A stretch of 64,000 nt of DNA from Pseudovirgaria hyperparasitica (lineage: Eukaryota). The translations under genes and the position numbers were made by a program. This document shows, piece after piece, positions 12,958 to 23,600 of this stretch; positions within the stretch are counted from its first letter, which is position 1, and each line of letters begins with the position of its first letter. The DNA lies in the NCBI GenBank assembly GCA_010093815.1, contig ML996585.1; one strand, given 5' to 3'. The notes beneath the pieces are model-generated. The model was given only the letters and a program-made list of their open reading frames with translations, did no database searches and had not been told where the DNA came from.

Positions 12958-15310
12958 ATGCTTTCATCGTTGCTGTTGGCCGCGGCAGGCTTGCTTGTCA
13001 AGCCTACGTATAGCATTTCTCTCGAGGTGTCTACGAGTGGTGGGAACAGCTCTGGTGCACTCCCGGTGGGAATGATGTTTGAGGTAGAATATGCTAGGGA
13101 TACGCATGTTTGATATATGCTAAAGTATACATCAGGACGTCAACCACGGAGGCGACGGAGGAATCCACGGACAGCTTCTCGGGGACAATGCATTCCAGGG
13201 GACAAACGCGAGTCTGTTCCGATACGCGTCTATTGGCAACGCGACACTCTCGATTGATGACACGAACCCGTTGACTTCTGCAATAGTACGGTCACTCAAG
13301 GTCGACGTGCCAGAGGACGCTTCTGGCGAGGTTGGCTTCTCGAATGACGGCTTTTGGGGTATCAAGCTCCCACAAGGCACATATTCGACCTTCTTCTGGA
13401 TGAGCGGTGATTACGAGGGCGATGTGACAGTGAAGCTGGTGCCAAAGACCGGCTCAGGTACAGAATTTGGATCTACTACCCTTGCAATCAAGAAATCTAG
13501 CAAATGGACCAAGTATGAGGCAAAGTTCGATGTTAAGGCTGCTCCGAACGGAAACAACGTATGGGCCTTGACGTTTGACGGCTCGAAGACTGCGGGCTCG
13601 ACCTTGTATTTTACGTTGATGTCGCTCTATCTGCCGACGTATCTGGACAAGTTAGCTCTCCCGTAGGAGTCTCTGCAGACTATATACTGACTGTGGTAGG
13701 GAGAACGGTCTCAAGCCAGAGCTCGCACAGCCGCTTGCTGATATCAAAGGGCGGTTCCTAAGGTTTCCAGGAGGCAACAATCTGTGAGCAGATCCTCCTG
13801 ACTCACCACTCTGTGCTGACGATGGACAGTGAAGGCGACACAATCGATGGACGGCTGAGATGGAACCAGACCATTGGCCGTAAGTTTCAGATCGCACCCT
13901 CGCAAGTTGTGTCCAGATCTAACATCAATTCAGCACTTGAGGATCGGCCAGGTCGCCAAGGTTAGGCAGTTCAGATATTCCACTCGCTCTGCTATGTATG
14001 CTGACTGACCCGTAGATGTCTGGAGTTATGCCAATACAGACGCCATAGGTAAGCAGATCACTCGCGTTCGCTCATCTCAGCTAACGGACCTAGGCACGCT
14101 CGAATACCTCGAGTGGGCAGAATACATGAATCTTGAGCCCATGATGGACATCTTCGCCGGCCTCGCACTAAAGGGCGAAACCGTCACAGGCGACGCACTA
14201 GAACCCTACATCGAAGACGCCCTCGCCCAGATCGAAGTATGCAGCCTCCGTCCCTGGCACACCACAACGCTCATCTACTGACAAAGATCACAGTACGCAG
14301 TCGGCGACTCAAGCACGCACTGGGGCGCCATCCGCGCCTCCCACGGCCGCACCGAGCCCTTCGCGCTCAAGTACGTCGAGATCGGAAACGAAGACAACCT
14401 GTCCAACGGCTGCGCCAGCTACGTCGAGCGCTTCCAACGCTTCTACGACGCCATCCACGCCGCGCACCCATCCATCACGCTCATCGCCAGCACCGCAGAC
14501 CTCAACTGCCTCCCCAAGGACCTGCCCGGAGACGCATGGCTCGACTACCACCGCTACGACCGGCCCGACGCCTTTGTCGAGGCATTCAGCTTCTTCGACA
14601 ACATCCCGCGCACAAACAAGGTCCGTTGCCCCCTTACCATCTCTCCCACAACCCCCTTTCTCTCCTCACGTCCCAAACACTGACCCCCACCCCTACAGTA
14701 CATAATCAACGAATTCGCCGCGATATACCACAACAACGGCACGCGCGCAACATACCCAACAATGCGGTCCGCCGTCGCAGAAGCAATCTACATGATGGGC
14801 GCGCAGCGCAACTCAGACCTCGTCCAGGGCCTCGCCTACGCGCCCCTGATCGCCCACCTCGCCGCCGTGGACCTCTACAACGCCTGGACGCCCTCGCTGC
14901 TCTCCTTCCGCAACGACCCCCCTGTCACCATCCTATCGACGAGCTACTTTGTCCAGCAGATGTTTGCCCAGGCGAGTGACCCCACGGACAGGTATGTGGA
15001 TGTTGTGGCGGATGGGCCGCTTGGGCCGACGGTGTTTTGGGTTGCGTCTGTGTCGAGTGGTGGGCAGGGGGTGGTTAAGGGGGCGAATTATGCGGGGGTG
15101 GGGACGGCGTTGAGGGTGAGGTTTGCGGGAGGTGTGGAGGGGACGAAGAGGGCGAGGGTGGTGGTGTTGAGTGGTGATGCGGAGGCGAGGAATGATGAGG
15201 TTGATCCGGGGGCGGTGAGGCCGGTGGAGGGGGTGGTGGAGGAGGGGGCGGAGGGGTGGTTTGAGGTGGAGATGCCGGCGTGGTCGGTGGTTGTGCTTGT
15301 TGCGGAGTGA
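12958..15310 (+). CDS. abfA: Secreted GH51 alpha-L-arabinofuranosidase A, many short introns
   Basis: Signal peptide MLSSLLLAAAGLL; GMMFE|DVNHGGDGGIHGQLL, NDGFWGI, FLRFPGGNN, HGRTEPFALKYVEIGNED, AVAEAIYMMGAQRNSDLV..YAPL, TSYFVQQMF. About 10 GT-AG introns. Confidence 0.9.
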
Positions 15311-16495
15311 GTGTTGGGTGTACTGTAGTTGGATATACGAGATATGAATGTAGAGGTAATTTTCCTCCCTATCTACAATATCACCGAAACACGTGCAGTC
15401 TCACTCACCAACCCCCATATCAATGCCTCAGGCCCACTCCCACTCCCTCCTGCAGCAAGCAGCAGGTGAGAAGTGGAGCCGTCCCGTAGCCATTCATGCA
15501 GGCGCGACCCTACCCGCTTACTCAAACACACACACACCACTGGATATCCATAGATGCACCTCTACATACCACTCGTCAGTACTCGTCAGTATCCCATGGC
15601 ACGCCATCCGTCTCACGCGTGCAGCACATGCGTATCAGTCAATAAACACACTGTAAGTCTGTAAAAAAGCCGGAGGAAAGCCGGTCAGGAGCACAGTCAC
15701 GGATGCGGACGGACGTTGGGAGAAAATGGCCGTGATAGGGGTTATGTGATGGGAAGGGTTTGGAGGGTGGTCGGCAGTTTTGCTGTGGCTTGGCGCATAA
15801 GCATCAGTTTGTGAGGACTCTGGGAGTTATTGGCGGTGGATGCGTGGTGTTAATTTGGTACAGTTCAAGACTGCACTGCACTGCACTGCCATGGAAGAGG
15901 AGGTAAGGCGGTGCTGAAGTGATATTTGTTCGAGTGATGTGGTTCATTCTTGCTCGTGCTTATTCTGAGGTGAAAGTTGCGCGACTAGATGGATGGATGG
16001 ATGTTGAAGTTGACTCGTGGCATGGCATGGCATGGCATGGATGGAGATGAAGGAAGGATGAAACGTGGAGTGGGTCGCTGGTCTGGGATGTCGCGTCGGC
16101 AGAAGGACAGGACATGGAAGGTAATTAATTAATTGAGTAGGGCGAAGACATGTGGTTCTACGTGGCTGTATGTATGTTGTCGATGATTGAGTTAAGTGAA
16201 GAGACGACGGTCTGATAATGGGTGTATGACGGTGGAGGCGCGCGCAATGGATAGCTACAGTAGTCCAGGTACCTACTGTAGTAGCTGCTGGGTCGTAGCC
16301 GTGGTGTGGAGGTATGGACGAACGGGACGTCACCGAGGCATCTCAGGAACACAAGCACGCGTGTGCCTGGTGATAAGGGATAAAGTATATATACAGCACA
16401 CACATACGTATCAATTGTCCGGGGCTTATCGCTAATCGCGCAAGGGAATACATGTAAGTAAACCATACCAAAAAAACAACAAAAGGGCGCAGTAA

Positions 16496-16514
16496 GGGGG
16501 TGTTTGAAACCTCA
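16496..16514 (+). repeat. Left TIR of the Harbinger element
   Basis: GGGGGTGTTTGAAACCTCA preceded by TAA. Confidence 0.92.
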
Positions 16515-16869
16515 GCTGACGTTCAATTTTCGACGTTTCTGACGTTCAATTACCCGAAATCCGCCAAGTGTTTAAAATTAGATCTCACCTCCAGCTTAAA
16601 ACCCGAGCTAATAACTAGGGTATAGAAGACGGCGTAGAACTAAAGGAATATGGCTTCGGGATAGCTAAACTTGCCTATTGTAGATATAGTTAAATATTAA
16701 AGTCGACGTTTTTAAGTAGTAAGTATTTTTCGCCTATTAACGAGCTTAAATCTACTTAATCTTACTAGAACTTCGGTAAATTAGCGTTTTTCGCTATATT
16801 AGGTAACTTTATACTACTTACGTAAAAATATACTTTTTATTTTATAGTAGATTCGGACGATTTAGACAA

Positions 16870-18150
16870 TTTATAGAGTATACCTAGCTATAGATAATAA
16901 TAACTCTATTCTTACCCTCCTCCTTACCTATTAGAACTACCTATTTAGATTATATATAGAGGCTATTATTAATACCGTCGACTAGTATAATTAAGGTAGT
17001 TTATAAGTATGTGATTCGAAGGCGTTAGTTCCGTGTATTCTAGCTAAGATCTAAGATATAGATAATAATACTCGAATAAGAGGCTAGATAGATATTTAAA
17101 TAGATACCTTTAATAAGTTATTAGCTACTTTAAAGATATATAGACTAAAAAATAGATAGAAAGTTACCGTGGACGAAAAACTCTTTATTTACCTTTATAT
17201 CTACTAAACTAGGCTTTCTCTTAATAAGGCGTAATAGATCTTAGAAAGAGATACTAGTACCCTAAGTATATAAGCTATTAGTATATTAGTTATTATCTTA
17301 CCGCTAATATAAGTAGTAATAGTATCTTTAATTAGGTGACTTACGTATTATATTAGCTTTATAAGGATATTATAAAGCTTCTAAGCGATAACGCTAAAGT
17401 CTATTCTATTATAGCTATAAATCCTAAGCTATTACCGTTTAAGGGCGCTATTAGAGTAATTAATAGTACTTATATATCTATATCTATACTAGAGGATAAG
17501 TAGTTAGCTTAGTAGAATTAAAAGTAGTTTATCTTATAGAACGTACTTACCGTAGTTAACTTTAACCTTAACTTTATATTTATATACCCTAGCTAGGAGG
17601 GTTTAGCGTACAATCTATACGTCTTTAATAAGGCGCTTAAAGATAGATTAACGTGTTCTAAAGGGAGATACTACCTTACTAATACTAGGTATACTAACTA
17701 ATAATATACTATACTCCTCACGCCGTATTATAAGACGAGATACCACCTCTATAAGGTAATAGCTACTAGATAGAAGCTAGAGACGAAGGAGAAACTCTTT
17801 AACCTTCGATACTTATAGCTTCGGAACTATATTAAGCGTGTTTTTAGAGTTCTAAAGGTATACTTTAAGATACTATTAAACCCACGACCTAATAGAAGTA
17901 TTATATAGTAGTTAAACCTTATATTTACCCTTACTACCCTCTATAACTTTATAAATATCTACCGAGATAATACTCTAGATCTTTATAAGGTAGTTATTAA
18001 GGAGGATTCTACTAATTTAAGGCCTCTAAATCTCTATAATACGTTAGAATAGAATAACGATAGAGATCGTATTATAGTAGCGTACTAGAAGTAATACTAG
18101 GCGTATATAGAGTTAGAATATAAGAATATTAAGGATAAAGTCGTATAGTA
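16870..18150 (+). pseudogene. RIP-degenerated PIF/Harbinger DDE transposase (DDE_Tnp_4-like)
   Basis: 17435-17476 reads PFKGAIRVINSTYI (de-RIP PFKGAIGAIDGTHI). ~17530-17620 reads QNVL..NFDL.F....GWEGSAHD. 17669-17692 reads YYLTNTRY (YYLADAGY), then LLTPY..TRYHL. ~17798-17870 reads FNLRH..LRN.IERVFGVLK..FKI. Ends approximate. Confidence 0.88.
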
Positions 18151-19016
18151 GAGTAGGCGTATACTATTATTTAATATTCGCCTATGTAATGGATATAACC
18201 AAGGTGTTACTATAATGGTAATTAAGATATATTATAATTTAACTTAGAGAGAATAGAGATAAGCCGTATGGTTATAGCTTTAAGTATAGTCTTAAGCGAG
18301 GTCACGTGATACCCCTATACTAGTCTCTATCCATCCCGGCTCTATTATATAATACTAGAGATAAGGTAAAGCCGAAGTCCATAACATACCCTTATTCTCT
18401 AGGATTGTTCTAGGGACCGGCTTAGTGTTTTATATAATAATAACCGGCTCGGTTAGGTCTTAGGTTTACGGTCTTTATATTATACTATATAATAACCGTA
18501 GAGCTATATATTCCTTCTAGTAAGGTAGTAGCTTTTTATAGTAGTATCCTAGCGGTTACGTGGTGGAGGTTAGTTCCTTATATTACGGCGTCGTAGGTTA
18601 TATAATTATAAGATAGTAGAATCCTATAGTTGCGTCGTGGCGGTTATATAGTAAAGGTAGACTCCTTATATTATGGTGTACCGCGTTAGGTTATATAAAG
18701 GTAGGGTAGCCTACGTACGAACCGCGCGTCCTATTTTATTATTATCCGTTTTAGGACCGGCTACTCTCTAGGCTAGGGGTTATATAGTAGTAGTAGAGTA
18801 GCTTGCGCATGACCCGCGTTTATTATTATTATCGTCTATTTTAGGACTAGCTCTACCCCGGTCTATATGATTTTCCCTAACACGAGTATATAGGTTCTAC
18901 GCCTAGCGACTTTCTTCTTTCTTAACTACCCTTACGCCTACTATCTTAATACCGCGTAGTAGCTACTATAATATTAGTAAACTCGTATACCACCTCGCAG
19001 CTTCTATACTATTATT

Positions 19017-20490
19017 ATAAGCGCTCTAGGCCTAAATAGTCCTATTATAGAAGCCAGCGCCGTCTCGGCGGTGGCTATAGATACTAGAGGTTAAGACCCT
19101 AACGATTATCGCGCGCCTAGGCGCTAGGAACCAGCTAATTATACCGTGAGTAGGTCCTGTCTCTACGCCGTTCCTTATACTAACTAGATAGACTATTCCT
19201 TCTACCGTACCCCGATAGGCTAAGCCTATTCGCCGTATAGAGCTATATATTATAGAGGGTAACTCGTTAGAAGACGAGCGTACTAAGTCCGTGTACTTTA
19301 TATATTATATATATATAAAGGCCCTAGAGAAAACTAGGGTACTTAGATATATACCGTCTCTATACCGTGGCGGCGCCTACTAATCTTAGAGCGTAGCTAT
19401 AAGTCTAGCCGCGGTACTAACTATATAAAGTACTACACGTTAAAGGGGACCTACTTATAGAATACTAAGAAGCTCGCTATATACCCGGCCTTACGTAAGG
19501 CGTAGAGTCGTCTTAAAAAGTTTATACACGAGTTAGTTAATAATAACTTTAGCTATATAACGGATCGTGGTAGTCGCGGCCTAGACCTAATAAAGCCTTC
19601 GTCCGGTAAGTAGCCGTGTATAAACTCTAAGTTCTACTATCTATACGAGGACTATAAGTCTAACTTAGAGATTATCTATATCACGCGATATAATACTAGT
19701 ATTATTAGTTAGACTCCCGTAACGCCTTATCGTGGCGCCGTAACGTCGTTTAAGCCGCCGTATCACGGTAGTAGTAACCATAGCTAGATTAGTAGCGTGA
19801 TTCACTAGATAAATTAGTACATGTCCTATAATAAGGCCTAGATAGATAAGCTATATACTAGTATCGGCACCTTATAGGTATATAAGCTTTATAAGTCTAA
19901 ATACCTATTCTAACGCGTGACGTAGGGTACTATATAGTAAGTCGTGTCTAGGTTGGCCCGTCTAGCGGAGCTACTATCTCGCTACCTTATTACTTAGGTA
20001 GTTATAGAGGATAAGAAGCCCTTATTAGGTAGTAGCCGCTTACGCTAACTCTAGCCCGTAGGCCATAGAGAGTCGCCGACTCGGAGCTCTCGCTATCGCC
20101 CTATTAGGCCCCCCCGGCTCCCTATCGCCGCCCCTCCTCGTGAGTCCTTACCGCCTTATTATTAGCCCCGGACCCCTCCTCGCTACCGTGACCGCTCCCG
20201 GTCCTACGAGCGTTATAGCCGGTCCCCCGTCTACTATAATCGGTTTCCCTACTATCGTAACCGGTTATATAACCGTTAGAACTAGTCGTACGACCGTCGC
20301 CGTCACTCGGGTAGCTATTAGTACCGTTCCCGTGAGGATTATTAAGTATCGCGCCGCTATCGGTTGCTGGCCTGTCCCCGCTATAACCCTCCCGTAGATA
20401 AGTACGACTCGCCCTTACTACCCGCCTAGATTAATAGCCGCCGCTATTATTAGAAGACGGCCTAGAGAAGGACTAGGTAACTAACCTTAT
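19017..20490 (+). pseudogene. Antisense multi-intron accessory gene remnant inside Gypsy element A (Cys-cluster-like motif plus RS/RD-rich tail)
   Basis: Plus-strand GT..CTAAC/CTAAT..TAG intron-like units at ~19146-19191, ~19339-19389, ~19606-19667, ~19878-19925 and ~19998-20054. Tyr (= RIPed Cys) pattern Y-x7-Y-x2-Y-x6-Y at 19398-19454. RTPPRYRDRSRSYER-type reading at ~20170-20230. Ends approximate. Confidence 0.6.
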
Positions 20491-20619
20491 ATTAGGATTT
20501 GCGGATAAGGACGGTACCGGCCCTAGCGCCGTGTAAACCTAGGGTAGGGCTAGGTAAATAACCTTTTTATGTCTTAAGGTAGGTGTCGGTTTATTATTAG
20601 GTTATACTAGGTACTAGCG

Positions 20620-23600
20620 TTCGGTATTTATTTCTTTCTTTTCTAAAATCTCTACTCTTATATTAGGTTATTAGGGCCGCCGTGGGCCTATAATAGTAGA
20701 GTAATATTACTACTTAGGGATGCGTTAGAGTCGTAGGCCGTTATATAATTAAGCGTCGCTATATCTAGACTCGAACCGGTCTAGCGCCTTAGTATCTTCT
20801 ACGTCCTTAAGTAGGACCTATATTAGTTATAACTAACCTTTCTACTTTATAAGTACCTATTACTTATTCCGCCCCCGTGTATTTTTCGCACGTAGAATGT
20901 CCTTAATCTTATACTCCGTGACTTCCTCGTCTACTTTATTAAGCTCGAGTACTAGGCCCGGGCGGGTATTAAGCCGCTCTTGGCTAGGTAGGGGATCCTC
21001 TATAGCGCGCTTAATAAGACTTATATAGACCGTTTTATAAAGGTCTCCGGGGAGGTTAAGGGTTACTATTAAGGGGGTAGGTTAGACTATAACCCGGTAT
21101 TTTATCTATAGCTAGTCGAGCTTCCGGCTCGGGCGGTTAGTCTTTATATTCTAGAGGGAGAACTATACTATATCGCCGACCTTAAAACGCTCGGCCGGGC
21201 GTCGTAACCGGTTTACCGAGTCTTAGAAGCGCTACTCGGCCTAGGTAATAGCCGCTTAAGCTAAGGTAGTGCCGTTCTAAAGGTGTTTAAGGAAATTTAT
21301 AGCCCGACCTTTTACTAAGGTCGTAGAGGCGTTAGAGAGTGGCTACCGTGGTAATAGTTTAATATAGTATCCGTTTAGAAGTAAGTTTAGCGCTATACCG
21401 GTTACTAACGAGGTGCGGTTATTAAGGGCGAGCTAATATACTAGGAGATATTCTAGCTAGTTAGTTTACTCGAAAGTTACTATAACGCGTAGTATAGTCT
21501 ATACCTCCTAGTTCGCACGCTTAGTACCACCGTCCGTCTACGGGTGGTAGGCCGTAGAGAGGTTCTAGTGTATACCTATTATGGAGTAGAGGGTTATCTA
21601 GAACTACCTAAGCTAGTCCGAGCCCTAGTCCGTGATTATTAACTAGGGGAACCCCTAGAAACGCTACCACGTATTACGGAACCGCGTAGTATAGTCCTTA
21701 GCTACTATAGAGGTTATCGCCTCTAGCTAAATAAACTTTAAGAGCCGGTCCGTAATAATAAGAAGATATTAGAGCTAGGATAGGTCCGATTAGGGGAGGT
21801 CGGTTATAAAATCCATAGAAATTTAGGACTAGAACCGGTCTAGTGTTAGAAGAGGCTAGAGGAGACTAGGGGCCTTATATTAGTTTACGTGGGCCCCGTA
21901 GTAGTTATAGTTTCGTACGAACTACCGGATATTAGTCTATATCCGCTTCTAGTAGTACTCCCGCTAAATAGCTATATAAGTCTTATTCTTACTAGGATAG
22001 CCCGCGAGGGGGGAGGTATAGGACTTCTAGATAATAGTCGTGGTAAGAGGTTTCTACTCGGGTACCTAAATGACCCCCCGCTATATTAGTATTCTATATA
22101 CTAATATGGCGTAGTCTATAACCTATTTAGTAGTAAGCGCCTCCGGTAGAAAGAGGTGTACCCTACCTACTACGGCCCTATAGTAGACCTAGTATACCGG
22201 GACTAACTAAATAGCCTAGTTCTAGAGCTCCTAGAGGTAGAGGTCGGTAAAGATACTTCGTCTCTAGGGGAGATAGGACTCCCCGGAGCGGGTGCTTACT
22301 AGTACTATTCTAATAGTCTATAGGGTTATAAGCCGTCCCCTTAGGAGGGACTTTTTAGATAAGTTCTAGTTACGGCGGCTTAGAGTATCTAGGCGGGCCG
22401 CCTAGGATCCCGGCCGGTATACGAGGTCGTAGTTAAATAGTATAAGCTAGTCGGACTATCGTTACTACCGTAGAATAAGAAGATAAGACTTAGTAAAGTG
22501 CTTAAGGTTTTTATAGTCTATATAGACTATAAAGGGGCGGTAGACGCTTTAGAGCTTAGGTTCCTACGTCTAGAGATACTAAACTACTATAAGGAGCTTC
22601 TTATCGTGGATTATATAGTTCCGCTAAGCGGCCGTAAGGGCCGCGGAATAGTAGGCTACCGGGTACTAAATACCCCGAACCTTTTAGGATAGGTATCTAC
22701 CCGTCACGTGTCCGGAGTAATCCGCCTTAACTATTATATCGCGTATCTTATTCTAGGACTAGAGGATTAGCCTAGTAATGAAAGCGTTCTTTAGCGTATT
22801 AAACGCGTGGTCCTTAGCTAGGCCCTAGTAGAAGGCCGTCCTAGCCTTAGTAAGGGCGTAGAGCGGGGCCGCTATAGTAGAGAAGTTAGGGAGGAAGTTA
22901 TAGTAGAAGTTTATAAACCTAATAAACCGCTAGATACCCCGGACCGTAGTCGGGGGCTTCTAGTCCCGGATAGCGGCGATCTTCTCCGGGTTAGGGCGGA
23001 TTAACTCTCTAGCGGTAATAATATAACCTAGGTACTAGACCTCCTTAGTAGCGAAACGGTATTTAGTAAGGTCGTAGTAAAGGTCCGCCTTTATAAGGAG
23101 AGATAGGATAGTTTTTATAGCGGCCTAGTAGTCTTCTAACGTGCCTAGGGTATATATAAGGATATTATCGAGATACGCTATATAGGTAACCCCGAGGACC
23201 CCGCTTAGTACTCTATTAATATAGCGCTAGAAGAAGGTAGAGGCGCCGGAGAGACCGAAAGGGAGAACTATCTATTTAAAGAGGCCGAATGTAAGGAGGC
23301 GGGCTCCACGTACCAACCAACTACACTAAAAGGACCGAATCTTGAAGCTACTACTTCAAGGGTGGAGCACACTACTTATATACGACTACTACACACATAT
23401 AGAATCAACTGGCAGGCCACGTGCTCCTTACGTGCCTAACATTATCTCCCCTTTTCGAAGGCGCGTGTCCTTACGTATCGTGGGCATATTACCTTACGAA
23501 AGATGAACTGAACTAGCCGCAACGGGCCTAGTATAAACCATGTGCACACACAACGAATATTCGTAATGCCGCCTCTAGTACTAGACATACTAACTTACCG

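Noticed and set aside
18400..18870. Degenerate direct repeats (TAGGACCGGC-type) near the element A 3' LTR as a CRISPR-like array
   Set aside because: Few, irregular and RIP-blurred repeats in a eukaryotic retroelement UTR, with no fixed repeat-spacer period.
20140..22692. Short plus-strand ORFs in the ORF track (20140, 21889, 22498)
   Set aside because: Off-frame or antisense fragments of RIPed retroelement sequence, not independent genes.
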